From: Eledone cirrhosa
Taxonomy: Eukaryota
NCBI GenBank assembly: GCA_964016885.1
Contig: OZ024751.1
Location: 18,724,001 to 18,788,000 of the forward strand
Reading direction: 5' to 3'
Length of the DNA stretch: 64,000 nucleotides
This document shows positions 44,737 to 58,015 of the stretch, piece after piece. Position 1 is the first letter of the stretch. Each line of letters starts with the position of its first letter. The notes below the pieces were generated by a model that saw only the letters and a program-made list of their open reading frames with translations, made no database searches and was not told where the DNA came from. A program made the translations under genes and the position numbers.

Positions 44737-44799
<63 letters not shown>

Positions 44800-44818
44800 C
44801 ATATACATATATATGTAC

Positions 44819-44863
<45 letters not shown>

Positions 44864-44992
44864 CATATACATATACATATATATGTACATATATATATAT
44901 ACATATGTATATATATATATATGTACATATATATATATCCATATATATATATATACATATACATATATATATATAGATATATATATATATAC

Positions 44993-45046
<54 letters not shown>

Positions 45047-45048
45047 CC

Positions 45049-45080
<32 letters not shown>

Positions 45081-45082
45081 AC

Positions 45083-45121
<39 letters not shown>

Positions 45122-45243
45122 CATATATATATACATATAAATATTATATACATATAATTATTATTACAGTGAACTGCGGAATACTCTTAATTCCGATCTT
45201 TGTATACATATAAATATATATATACATATATATATACATATAA

Positions 45244-45278
<35 letters not shown>

Positions 45279-45313
45279 CATATATATATACATATACATA
45301 TATATATATATAC

Positions 45314-45348
<35 letters not shown>

Positions 45349-45373
45349 GACATATATATATACACAAACACAT

Positions 45374-45424
<51 letters not shown>

Positions 45425-45433
45425 TATATATAT

Positions 45434-45468
<35 letters not shown>

Positions 45469-46004
45469 CATATATGCGTGTATCTCTCTGTCATTGTGAC
45501 TGTGTCTGTGTGTGCACCATTTTGTTTTCTCGTTTGTTTTGTTGTTTGTTTTGTTTTGTTACTTTTTTGTTTAGAAATTAAACAAAAACATAGAGCGAAG
45601 GAAAGTATTGCGGTTTTACTTTTTAATTTTGTTTTATTTTCACCTTCTCCCTGAATATTTACCTCAGATATACCGAAACCATCTGCTTTTCTGAGTTTTG
45701 GCTTTTGCAAACATTATAACCAATGGCAGCGCAGAAAATGAAAAAATATCTCATACCCTCGTGTCTGTTGTGTGATAATGTATATATGTATGTACGTATA
45801 CACGTATATATGTATGTATGTATGTATATATGTATGTATGTGTGCATGTATGTATATATATATATATTTATATATGTATATATGTATGAATGTATGTTTG
45901 TATATATGTATGCATCCATCTATGTATATATATATATATGTATGTATGCATCCATATATGTATGTATCCATGTATGTATACATATATATATGTGTGTGTG
46001 TTTG

Positions 46005-46038
<34 letters not shown>

Positions 46039-47232
46039 TGTATGTATATACCTATATATATATATGTGTATGTGTGTGTGTATATGTGTGTGTGTGCGTG
46101 TGTGTGTGAGAGTGAGAACACTTTCTTAATGGCGTTCATTTTCTTTCTCACGCACAACCCCACAACCCCTCTCACTCCCCCACTCACACTTCCCCCCTCT
46201 CCCCCTTTCTCACCCTTTCATTGACTTGACCAGAGTGTGTAAATCACAGTACATTATGTTCCTTCATGACACCAAAACCCGCTTTTACCAAGATACACAT
46301 ATGTACCTACATATATACCTACATACCAACATACCTACCTTACCATCAGACATACACATACATACTTACACATACACATACGCACATACATGCTCACACA
46401 CACATACATGCTCACACACATACAGACTCATACACATGCATGCTCACACACACACACACATACATACCTCAGATATACACGCACATACACACATATACAC
46501 GCACACGCACATGTACACACTCACACACATGTACACACACACACACATGCATGCTCACACACACACACACACATATGCAAACACACACACACCGCCAGGC
46601 ATGTTCACACAGATATATACACACACATGCACACGCACACACATATAGACTGACACGCATGCACACACACACACACATGCATGTTCACACACATATAGAC
46701 TGACACACATGCACACACACACATGCTTGCTCACCCACACATAGACACAGACACACACACATGCGTACACACTTACATACACACTTAGACACACATACAT
46801 GCAGACACAAACACATACATGCTCATACAGACATATGCACAACATAAACACACATACATGCTTACACACACACATAGACAAACACATAGAAAAACACACA
46901 TACGTAGATATTTACACTATCTTTTATTTCATCCGAGCAACACCCTACCCCGCCCACCATCAAAAAACAACTACACACAGATGGCCATATCACGTGACTG
47001 GAAATATCAACAGACTCGTCACCCAACCCGGTTCATTTGCCCGTCTGTGATATGTCAAGGTAGAAAATTGAGCCGCTTTCACCATCTCTCTTAATCTCCC
47101 ACCTCTCCCTCTCACTCTCTTCTCTCTTTATCCCACTCCCCACCTCCTCTTCTCCCCTCTTCTCATCTCTCCAATCCCCCTCCCACACACACACATCTTC
47201 TCTCACTTTCACTCTGTTACACAAAATTCAAG

Positions 47233-47349
<117 letters not shown>

Positions 47350-47495
47350 CAAAGGAATTGTGGTAAGGAACCAGATGGACCATAACGAACCAGAGTACTC
47401 AATACTTAGGGTAGTAGAGTGGGAAAGAGCAAAAAGTATGACCCCGACGGCAGAGCTCAACTTTTTCCTGTATATATATACATATATATATATAT

Positions 47496-47666
47496 AATTG
47501 TTTCTACTTTTGGCACAAGGCCAGCAATTATCCTAGTGCATTACTGGTACTTTATTTCATCGACCCCGTAAGGATGAAAGGCAAAGTTAACCTCGGCCGG
47601 ATTTGAACTCAGATCCTAAAGGGACGTAACTCTTTGCGTCAAAGCATGGCGTCAGACCCTCTATTG

Positions 47667-47670
<4 letters not shown>
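47496..47670 (-). mobile_element. SINE family 1
   Basis: Homologous to 41575-41757; flanked by (TA)n. Confidence 0.85.
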
Positions 47671-47729
<59 letters not shown>

Positions 47730-48009
47730 CCTCTCACTCTCGCACACATATAAGTGTCCTATATTTGTCACTCTAACACCATTTTAAAAACAATATTCAC
47801 TGTCTCACTCCTTCGTCTCCCACACACACCTTTTTCTTTCTACCTCTCTCTCTCTCATACTCCCACTTTCTCACTCTCTGTCTCTGTCTCTCTCTCTCTG
47901 AGAAAGGTGTTTATATATATATATATATCCTCAGGTCGAATGCTAAAACCAATAAAGAGCAGGTGGTGGTGTTAAATCTGACGATATGGACAGGACGAGA
48001 AGAGTACAT

Positions 48010-48360
48010 AACTTCCGACAGAACTCCAACAGTTTCCTCGCGTTCCAATTTCACAAGAAAAGGCACATATCTTCCGAAGGGTTCCGAAAACTTTCTGTCT
48101 GCCGATATCACAAGAAAGGTTACACACCTTCTGACAGGTTTCTAACAGTTTCTTCCTGCCCAAATTAAGAAGAAAGGGCACACACACTCCGGCAGGATTT
48201 TTAACAATTTCTCTGTTTCTAATTTCACAAGAAGAGCACATATCTTCCGAAGGGGTCCAAACTGTTTCTGTCTGATCGATTTCATAAGAAAGGGCGTACC
48301 TTCTGACAAGTTTCTAGCAGTTTCTTTCTGCACAATTTCACAAGAAGAAGCATACACGTT
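48010..48360. repeat. Degenerate tandem repeat, about 55-60 bp unit (AATTTCACAAGAA..CTTCCGA..GGTT)
   Basis: About six recurrences of the TTTCACAAGAA-like core. Confidence 0.75.
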
Positions 48361-48689
48361 CTGATTCTGACGAAACTTGGAATGACGTATGGCGCGAGGT
48401 TATGTTAGAAGACACACTGCGATAAAAAAAAAAGTATGCACAGTGTGTGGCAAGATGGTCACTTTGGTTTACACGAGCAACTCGTTTTTTCCAGGCGAGT
48501 GGATTTGAGCAACATAAAATGGCGTTTTACTCAAACACAAAAAACGCATCGACAAGATTCAAATGCACAATATTATGATCATGAGTCAAGCACATTAACC
48601 ACCACGCCACACACGTTAACATAAAAGTATTAACCACATAACGATGCTTGCAACCATGAACATTATAACGCTTCCATCAATTGCTAAAG

Positions 48690-48985
48690 TGGACTGGTGC
48701 AATGTGAAATAAAGTCTATTGCTCAAAGACTGTCTCGAGCCCGGAGCTTATCCCAGTGTTCGTATCGTTAAGCAAGTGACAGTACAAGACTTCCCCCTGG
48801 ACATGACGACAGTCTAGCGTAGGGTTAAACCCCTCAGCTATTGCTGCAACTCATTTCAGCTGTGTATACTGGAGCGACGTGAAAATAAAGTATTTTGCTC
48901 AAGAACATAACACAACCCAGGAATCAAATTCACGACAATATGATCGTAAGTCCAACACGCTTACCACTAGGCCACGCACCTCCAC
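48690..48985 (-). mobile_element. SINE family 2
   Basis: A box TGGCCTAGTGG; homologous to 39150-39376. Confidence 0.8.
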
Positions 48986-49515
48986 AACACCACGATAGGT
49001 GTCGAAGTCAAGACTTGGAATTGTGAGGGAAATATCCAATCTACTAAGCCAAGAACATTCACTTAAAATTACTAGCCACATGACAATGCGTATGGCGATG
49101 CTGCTTATAAAATCTAACATTAGACTTCCTTCAATTAGCAAAGTTTTCGACAGGAATCATATAAAAGTAGGTTTGTCAGGTATGAAAGGAAAAAATTCTC
49201 AGTCAGCTTAATCGGATTAGTGTAAAGTAAATCAGTGTTTGGAACAGGAAAGAAAAATACCCAACACTTTTCTGAAGGTTATCATGCGATTTTATAAAGT
49301 CACTGTTGGACGACTTTTGTTTATTAAAGTGGACAAATGTAACACACACACAAACATATATACATATATATATATATACGCACACACATATACACACTGA
49401 GAAGCACACACATACAAGCAGTATTAGTAAGAAACCCTGCAGTCTTCTAATTAGCACCTTCTTTCAGTCAGAAAGTTATCCATTCAGTTTATGTATGTGT
49501 ACATATATATTGTAT

Positions 49516-49568
<53 letters not shown>

Positions 49569-49695
49569 TATCTATATGTAACGTATATGCAATGTATAAC
49601 AATATAACATATGTGTATGTATATATATATATATATATAAGTTTGTATAGATATATGTATATATTTTTCTATAGGATTGTATAAATATATTAGTT

Positions 49696-49741
<46 letters not shown>

Positions 49742-50261
49742 TACATATATATATATACATATACAAAGAGATTTTAGTCTTATGTTTTAGAGATTAACAT
49801 GGATTTGGATGGATTGGAAGCAGGAGATTTTCCAATTCCATTACTCTAATGCTGACAATGACACTCCAACAATGCCTACCTAGAAAATTAAAAAATAAGA
49901 AACCGAAATCTTCAAAATAATCCCTTCTTTGTAATGTTACGATACATTTCAATGAAACATATAGAATGGGTCGTCTTAAAAAACAGCCATCTTCACGATC
50001 TTCACAACAAGAATTATTACAATTCCATTCGTCAAGATATAAAATAATATATAATATGTAGCCGATTTCTTGGGTTTTAACGAAGCGCCGAGGAGATAAA
50101 CTTACTATAAAGAATGGAGAAAAAGAAGTTAGCGGTGCGATTGTAAAGCCCTTTTTCCGTCTTTAAAGATATTCACCCTATGTTATGCGCATGAACACAC
50201 CATTCTTTATATTAGTATAAAATATATTGGCTTATGAATGTATATTAATTTATTAAATTAA

Positions 50262-50446
50262 AGAGCGGTGAATTGGCAGTATCGGTAGAGGATCAGACAT
50301 GCTTTCCAGCGTAGTTACGTCCCTTTACGATCTGAGTTCAAATCGCGTCCAGGTTAACTTTGCCTTTCATCCTTAGAGGATCGATAAAATATAGTACCAG
50401 TAATACACTGGGTCATTACTGGCCTTGTGCCAAAAGTAGAAACAAT
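50262..50446 (+). mobile_element. SINE family 1, near full length
   Basis: A box TGGCAGTATCGG, B box GTTCAAATC, core AACTTTGCCTTTCATCCTT..CGATAAAAT..GTACCAG resembling the Meta/Sauria-type SINE central domain. Confidence 0.85.
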
Positions 50447-50471
50447 CAATTTAAAGTAAGTTGTCTCTACG

Positions 50472-50622
50472 TACCGTATTTCCCGGCGTCGAAGACGTTA
50501 CTTTCTTCCTAAAATAAGTCTCAAAAATCTACCATGCGTTCTGGAGGCCGAGGGCGATTTATTATTTTTTTTTAATTTTTGGTTGTCAATGTTTGGCGTC
50601 TTCGGCGCCGGGAAATGCGGTA
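50472..50622. mobile_element. MITE, Tc1/mariner-pogo type
   Basis: TIRs CCGTATTTCCCGGCGTCGAAGACG / CGTCTTCGGCGCCGGGAAATGCGG with TA on both sides. Confidence 0.85.
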
Positions 50623-50958
50623 GGTCTTTTTTAGTATGAAAAATATATGGAGAGGTTGAATATATCAGGCCATTGAGACGAAAAATGGGGACTCTATCAT
50701 CTGTAGGAATCGAAATCACATGTGCTGTATGCGGGACGGCTGTATTATCATTACACCAAAGCGGGATTGGCCATATATCCATCATATTTTAGTTTTATCT
50801 CTCGGCCAGTTACACACATACACACACACATACACACACACATACACACATATAGATATATATAGATATAATGAAAAATTGAACAGGGACAGAACAGAGA
50901 GGCAGTACGACAAATGTTTATTAGATTCACGCTCAGGAGAGTGGGGGGTAGGTGGAGG

Positions 50959-50990
50959 ACGACGTTTCGGGCATAAGCCCTTCTTCAGGT
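50959..50990 (-). ncRNA. Minimal hammerhead, family R
   Basis: CUGAAGA AGGGC-UUAU-GCCC GAAA CG UC; weak helix I; downstream AAUAAA and tail 50870-50950 also present at 7017-7098. Confidence 0.75.
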
Positions 50991-51984
50991 GAGAGTTCAA
51001 AAGGTGTGTAGGGGAGTGGTGGAGAGACATATAGCGAAAGGAAACGGTGCGAATGAAAAATTAACAAATAGAGACAAAAATATAATAAATAATAAATAAA
51101 AATAAAGCATGATCAAAATACAAGGAATGAGAACATTTAAAAATAAAGGCATGATCAAAATAAACTGAAATTAAAAGGGGGGTAAACAGGTGGTGGAAGG
51201 ATGTGGGGTGAGTAGAGGTGGAGGCGGGTGGAGTGGGGAGAGGGAGACGGGGTGTCCGAGCGGGGAGGGCTGAAGGTGGTGTGTGTGGTTAGGTGTGCGT
51301 GTGTGTGTGTGTGTGTGTGTATGTGAAAGTGAGGGTTGGGGGAAGAACGGGGTTGCATGTTCAGGAAGGTGTGTGTGGGGGGTGTTTTTGTGTGTCGGAG
51401 GGTCTGTGCGTGTGTGGATAGGGGGTGGGGGGAGAGGAATCAGGGGGCTGAGGGTGTAAATATGTGGTGGGAAGCACGTGTGTGTGGTTTAAGCGTGTTG
51501 TGGGTGTGGGTGGCGTGTGGATAAAAAAAAAAAAAAAAAAAAAAAATTTGTTTTGGGATGTGTGTGTGGGTGAGTTATATAGGTGATGGTGTTAGAGGAT
51601 GGTTGAAAGTGGTAAGTTACACGGATGTATGGAGATTTTGGTTGGAAGTCAAAACGCGTGTGGGTAATCCAAGAAGCGGTGGTATTAAAATAACAGATTA
51701 AAGTTTAAGCAAAGAATCATATTTGCTCTATGGTTTTATATATTTTGATATATATATTTATCCTTATCGAGCCCTCTTCGGATTTTAGTCTTCACATTTA
51801 TTATTATTACTATTATATATATATATATATATAAACGTTAGAATATGTGTAATAAGGCCAAGACAATGCAGATATGGACATAGAAAAAGAATGCAATAGT
51901 GAGAGATATTGATGAGAATTCGTCTTTCACCTTGAATTTATTTAAATGTCCTTAATTTTCGAGATAATATCTCTTCTATATATA

Positions 51985-52182
51985 GTACGTTATTCCGGGT
52001 TGAATCGGAGGTAACCACAGTAAGTAAGGTACTCAATACATTGCAGAGTATAAAAGTTTTAATATAGATGAGATTCTACAGGACTAGAACTGTTTCATTC
52101 TTTAGAAATCATCAGGAATTCCTGATGATTTCTAAAGAATGAAACAGTTCTACTCCTGTAGAATCTCATCTATATTAAAACT
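51985..52182. mobile_element. Family B fold-back cassette with hammerhead core on both arms
   Basis: Palindrome about 52056-52181 centred on GGAATTCC; CUGAUGA UUUC-UAAA-GAAU GAAA CAGUUC; tail with TATTGAGTAC on minus. Confidence 0.75.
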
Positions 52183-52911
52183 ATATATATATAATAGTAA
52201 TAATAATAAATGTGATATCTGAGGGTAAGTTTGCATATGGACGTGTTTATTGAAAGGTGTCTGCATGTAATGCATAAGTGTGTTTGTGTCTGTGCATATG
52301 TGAGTGCCAGTGTGTGTGTATATGTGTGTATGTGTGTGTCTGTGTGCCTCTGTGTGCCTGTGAGACAGTGTGGACATGTCACACAAACGCCAATTGTTAA
52401 AGGCAATCATCTTTGGGTATATTCGCCATCATGTAGCAGGATATTAATAAAGAACGTATAATGATGGACATTGTACAAACATCTACATATATAGAGATAA
52501 GATGAACACACACACACTCACACACACACACACACACACTCACACACTCACTCACAGATACACACACACACTTACACATACTCACACACACACACACACA
52601 CACTCACGCACACACACACTCACTCACAGATACACACACACACACTCACTCACAGATACACACACACACTCACACATACTCACACACACACTCACTCACA
52701 AACGCACTCACACTCACTCACACACACACACACTCACTCACACACACACACTCACACACACTCACTCACACACACATACACTCACTCACACACACACTCA
52801 CACACACACACTCACACTCACACACACACACTCACACACACACTCACACATACACACACACTCACGCACTCACACCCACACCCACACACTCACACACACA
52901 ATCTCTCACTG

Positions 52912-52948
<37 letters not shown>

Positions 52949-53044
52949 CAGTTTGTCCCCAAAAATGTATACACACTTCAACAGCGTTCTAATAAATAAT
53001 GCCTGTACCGTCAATCAAAGTGTGTATACATGCTTTGGGACACC

Positions 53045-53047
<3 letters not shown>
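52949..53047. mobile_element. Tc1/mariner-type MITE in (TA)n
   Basis: Imperfect TIRs CAGTTTGTCCCCAAAAATGTATACACACTT / AAGTGTGTATACATGCTTTGGGACACCCTG, TA flanks. Confidence 0.8.
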
Positions 53048-53120
<73 letters not shown>

Positions 53121-53282
53121 ATATATATATAGGCGTGTGTGTGTATGTGTAAGTGTGTGTGCGTATATGTGTGTATATACATGTGTTTGTGTGTGTGTGT
53201 TTGTAAAGAACGCTTCTTTTACAATATATTGTCACAGTTACAACTAATATGAACACCTTTGCTATCGGCACCACCGCAACTA

Positions 53283-54640
53283 CCACCACCACTACAACCA
53301 TTAGTACTACGATCTCTAGCACTACCACCCCCACTACAACCATTAGTACTACCATCTCTAGCACTACCACCACCACTACAACCATTAGTACTACCATCTC
53401 TAGCACTACCAGCACCACTACAACCATTAGTACTACCATCTCTAGCACAACCACCACCACTACAACCATTAGTACTACCATCTCTAGCACTACCACCACC
53501 ACTACAACCATTAGTACTACCATCTCTAGCACTACCAGCACCACTACAACCATTAGTACTACCATCTCTAGCACTACCAGCACCACTACAACCATTAGTA
53601 CTACCATCTCTAGCACTACCACCACCACTACAACCATTAGTACTACCATCTCTAGCACTACCACCACCACTACAACCATTAGTACTACCATCTCTAGCAC
53701 TACCAGCACCACTACAACCATTAGTACTACCATCTCTAGCACTACCAGCACCACTACAACCATTAGTACTACCATCTCTAGCACTACCAGCACCACTACA
53801 ACCATTAGTACTACCATCTCTAGCACTACCACCACCACTACAACCATTAGTACTACCATCTCTAGCACTACCACCACCACTACAACCATTAGTACTACCA
53901 TCTCTAGCACTACCACCACCACTACAACCATTAGTACTACCATCTCTAGCACTGCCACCACCACCACTACAACCATTAGTACTACCATCTCTAGCACTAC
54001 CAGCACCACTACAACCATTAGTACTACCATCTCTAGCACTACCACCACCACTACAACCATTAGTACTACCATCTCTAGCACTACCAGCACCACTACAACC
54101 ATTAGTACTACCATCTCTAGCACTACCACCACCACTACAACCATTAGTACTACCATCTCTAGCACTACCACCACCACTACAACCATTAGTACTACCATCT
54201 CTAGCACTACCAGCACCACTACAACCATTAGTACTACCATCTCTAGCACTACCACCACCACTACAACCATTAGTACTACCATCTCTAGCACTACCAGCAC
54301 CACTACAACCATTAGTACTACCATCTCTAGCACTACCACCACCACTACAACCATTAGTACTACCATCTCTAGCACTACCACCACCACTACAACCATTAGT
54401 ACTACCATCTCTAGCACTACCACCACCACTACAACCATTAGTACTACCATCTCTAGCACTACCACCACCACTACAACCATTAGTACTACCATCTCTAGCA
54501 CTACCACCACCACTACAACCATTAGTACTACCATCTCTAGCACTACCAGCACCACTACAACCATTAGTACTACCATCTCTAGCACTACCACCACCACTAC
54601 AACCATTAGTACTAACATCTCTAACACTACCACCACCACT
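53283..54640. repeat. Homogeneous 42-bp minisatellite (ACCACTACAACCATTAGTACTACCATCTCTAGCACTACCA[C/G]C), about 32 copies
   Basis: 14-aa periodicity in all overlapping ORFs. Confidence 0.95.
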
Positions 54641-54719
54641 ACCACCACCAGAACTGTTGCCAGCCACTCATTAGTACTAACACCACCATCGCTACCAAGA
54701 ACCACCACCACCAACAGAC

Positions 54720-55340
54720 ACCACTAAACACCATCACCACTTCTAACACCACCACCACCACTAACACCACCACTACCGAAAACAATAACCACCACCACCA
54801 CTAACACCAACATCACCACTAACACTAATACCACCACCACCACCACCACCACCATTAACACCACCACCACCAGCATTACCAAACATCACCACTAACACCA
54901 CCACTAACACCACCACCACCACCACCACCACCACTAACACCACCACCACCAGCATTACCAAACACCACCACCACCACTAACACCACCACCACTAACACCA
55001 CCACTACCAGCATTACCAAACATCACCACTAACACTGCCACAGCCACCACCACCACCACCACCACTAACACCACCACCACCAGCATTACCAAACACCACC
55101 ACCACCACTAACACCACCACCACTAACACCACCACTACCAGCATTACCAAACATCACCACTAACACTGCCACAGCCACCACCACCACCACCACCACTAAC
55201 ACCACCACCACCAGCATTACCAAACATCACCACTAACACCACCACTAACACCACCACCACCACCACCACCACTAACACCACCACCACCAGCATTACCAAA
55301 CACCACCACCACCACCACCACCACCACCACCACCACCACT
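54720..55340. repeat. (CCA)n-rich compound repeat
   Basis: Direct inspection. Confidence 0.9.
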
Positions 55341-55659
55341 GTCACTAATATATGTATCACACCAATTCCAATGACTCTATGTCTGCTAATTTCCTTGTGA
55401 TTTCCCGGCATCCTGGACACATGAAGGTCTGCTTTGAACAGTTTTACTTCCGCTGGCTACAATACATTGCCGCTTTTCAATTTCCGGTCCCTCTCCTACT
55501 ACTGCTACTGCTGTTTCTACTGCTGTTGCTGCTGCTGTTGTTGTTACTACAGCTGCAGCCCATGCTGCTGTTAACTATATCTTCTCTTATTGTCGTAATT
55601 ATTGCTGCTGGGATTGCTGATGCTGCTTGCTACAACTCCTGCAAGCTGTAATTCTTAGT

Positions 55660-56795
55660 ATTGTTGTTGTCGTCGTTGTTTGTTGTTGCTGTTGTTGTTG
55701 TTGCTGTTGTCGTTGTTTTTTGTTGTCGTTGTCACTGTTGTTGTTGCTGTTGTCGTTGTCATTGTTGTTGCTGTTGCCGTTGTCATTGTTGTTGTTGTTG
55801 TCGTTGTTTTTGGTTGTCGTTGTCACTGTTGTTGTTGCTGTTGTCGTTGTTTTTTGGTTGTCGTTATTGTTGTTGTTGCTGTTGTTGTTGCTGTTTTTTG
55901 GTTGTCGTTATTGTTGTTGTTGCTGTTGTTGCTGTTTTTTGGTTGTCGTTATTGTTGTTGTTGCTGTTGTTGCTGTTTTTTGGTTGTCGTTATTGTTGTT
56001 GTTGCTGTTGTTGTTGCTGTTTTTTGGTTGTCGTTATTGTTGTTGTTGCTGTTGTTGCTGTTTTTTGGTTGTCGTTATTGTTGTTGTTGCTGTTGTTGCT
56101 GTTTTTTGGTTGTCGTTATTGTTGTTGTTGCTGTTGTTGTTGCTGTTTTTTGGTTGTCGTTATTGTTGTTGTTGCTGTTGTTGCTGTTTTTTGGTTGTTG
56201 TTATTGTTGTTGTTGCTGTTGTTGTTGCTGTTTTTTGGTTGTCGTTATTGTTGTTGTTGCTGTTGTTGTTGCTGTTTTTTGGTTGTCGTTGTCACTGTTG
56301 TTGTTGTTGTTGCTGTTTTTTGGTTGTCGTTATTGTTGTTGTTGCTGTTGTTGTTGCTGTTTTTTGGTTGTCGTTATTGTTGTTGTTGCTGTTGTTGTTG
56401 CTGTTTTTTGGTTGTCATTGTCACTGTTGTTGTTGCTGTTGTCGTTGTTTTTTGGTTGTCGTTATTGTTGTTGTTGCTGTTGTTGTTGCTGTTTTTTGGT
56501 TGTCGTTGACACTGTCGTTGTTGCTGTTGTCGTTGATTTTGGTTGTCGTTGTCACTGTTGTTGTTGCTGTTGTCGTTGTTTTTTGGTTGACGTTATTGTT
56601 GTTGTTGCTGTTGTTGTTGCTGTTACTGTTGTTGTTACTGTTGTTGTTACTGTTGTTGTTGCGGTCGTTGTTGTTCTTGCTGTCGTTGTTGTTGTCGTTG
56701 TGGTTGTTGTTGGTGCCAAAACTCCTGCAATCTGCAGTATGGTTGTTGTTGCTGTTGCTGCTGCTGTTGTTGTTGTTGTTGTTGCTATCGTTGTT
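55660..56795. repeat. (GTT)n-derived minisatellite, 41-44 bp higher-order unit
   Basis: Recurrent GCTGTTTTTTGGTTGTCGTTATT. Confidence 0.92.
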
Positions 56796-57311
56796 ATGTT
56801 ACTCCCGCCGTTTCTTAAAGCCACTGCCTCTATCATACGTAGCCCCTATATCAATTTGGTTACATTCTCAATATTCCCTTTTGGCACCATTTAGGGGTCC
56901 AATGTTAGAACGGCCAAAACTCTAATTTTATTAAACATCCAACAGTATTAGGTTACACTCGCTGTTTCTTATAAACTCTTCCTCTATCTTATGCCGCCCT
57001 TATCTCAAGATCTTTCTTGCTTTTTACAAACTGAATACCTTTTTTGGTATCATCTAGGGGTCCACAGTTAGCAAGACCAAAGCTGTAAGTTCATTGGTCT
57101 TTGGTCATTAGAATCCTCCCCTTTTCAGTTCCAAAGTGGAATTTTTTGACCTGACTTCATGTGCTCTGCAGACTATACCTGTTTAAGGTGTTAGTATGCA
57201 ATCAACATATCGGAATAAGACATCCAACACCGTTACAAGAGTTTTTACTTCTTCTATTCTCTTCTTGTGTACAATATGATAGGAAATGCACATCCTTGTC
57301 ATGTTATGTGT

Positions 57312-57480
57312 TACCGTATTTCTCGGCGCTGAAGACGCTTCGTCCTCGAGGACGCACCCTAATTTTGACAACCGAAAATTTGAAAAAGAAATGATAAACA
57401 ACCTTCGGCCTCAAGGACGCAGGTTTTTGAGACTTATTTTAGGAAAAAAACTAGCGTCTTCGACCCCTGGAAATGCAGTG
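57312..57480. mobile_element. MITE, second diverged and inverted copy of 50472-50622
   Basis: TACCGTATTTCTCGGCGCTGAAGACG ... CGTCTTCGACCCCTGGAAATGCAG; internal TTTTTGAGACTTATTTTAGGAA shared. Confidence 0.8.
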
Positions 57481-57709
57481 TGTCACTTTCATTCGGATTA
57501 GGAATTATGTTCAAGCAACAATACATGTCTGCGGAATACTCAACCACTTACACATTAATTCCTGAGTTGGAAGTTCAGATGAAAGAACAACTAAGTACTC
57601 ATCGTCGAAACCGATACAGGACCCCTCAATGCAGCTTTGATAATACCAGCTGTCCTGTGATCATCATACCCTTCCGATATCCTCGGGCAACGATGTGTTA
57701 ATATATATA

Positions 57710-57771
<62 letters not shown>

Positions 57772-57913
57772 GTGTGCGCGCGCGCGTGCGTGTGTTATAT
57801 ATATATATATAGAGAGAGAGATAGATAGATTTATGCATATATATATATTTAATCATATATATATGCATATATATACATATATATGTAAGCCTAAATATAC
57901 ATATATATTTAAG

Positions 57914-57949
<36 letters not shown>

Positions 57950-57952
57950 AGC

Positions 57953-57995
<43 letters not shown>

Positions 57996-58015
57996 AATCT
58001 ATATATATATACATA

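Noticed and set aside
51900-51976. Hammerhead-like UUGAUGA..GAGA motif
   Set aside because: Two uncompensated core changes and no valid cleavage triplet register
53011-54727. 470-570 aa repetitive ORFs, or a CRISPR-like array
   Set aside because: Head-to-tail 42-bp tandem repeat with no unique spacers and no cas genes
55627-56925. Cys/Leu/Val-rich ORFs
   Set aside because: (GTT)n-derived satellite
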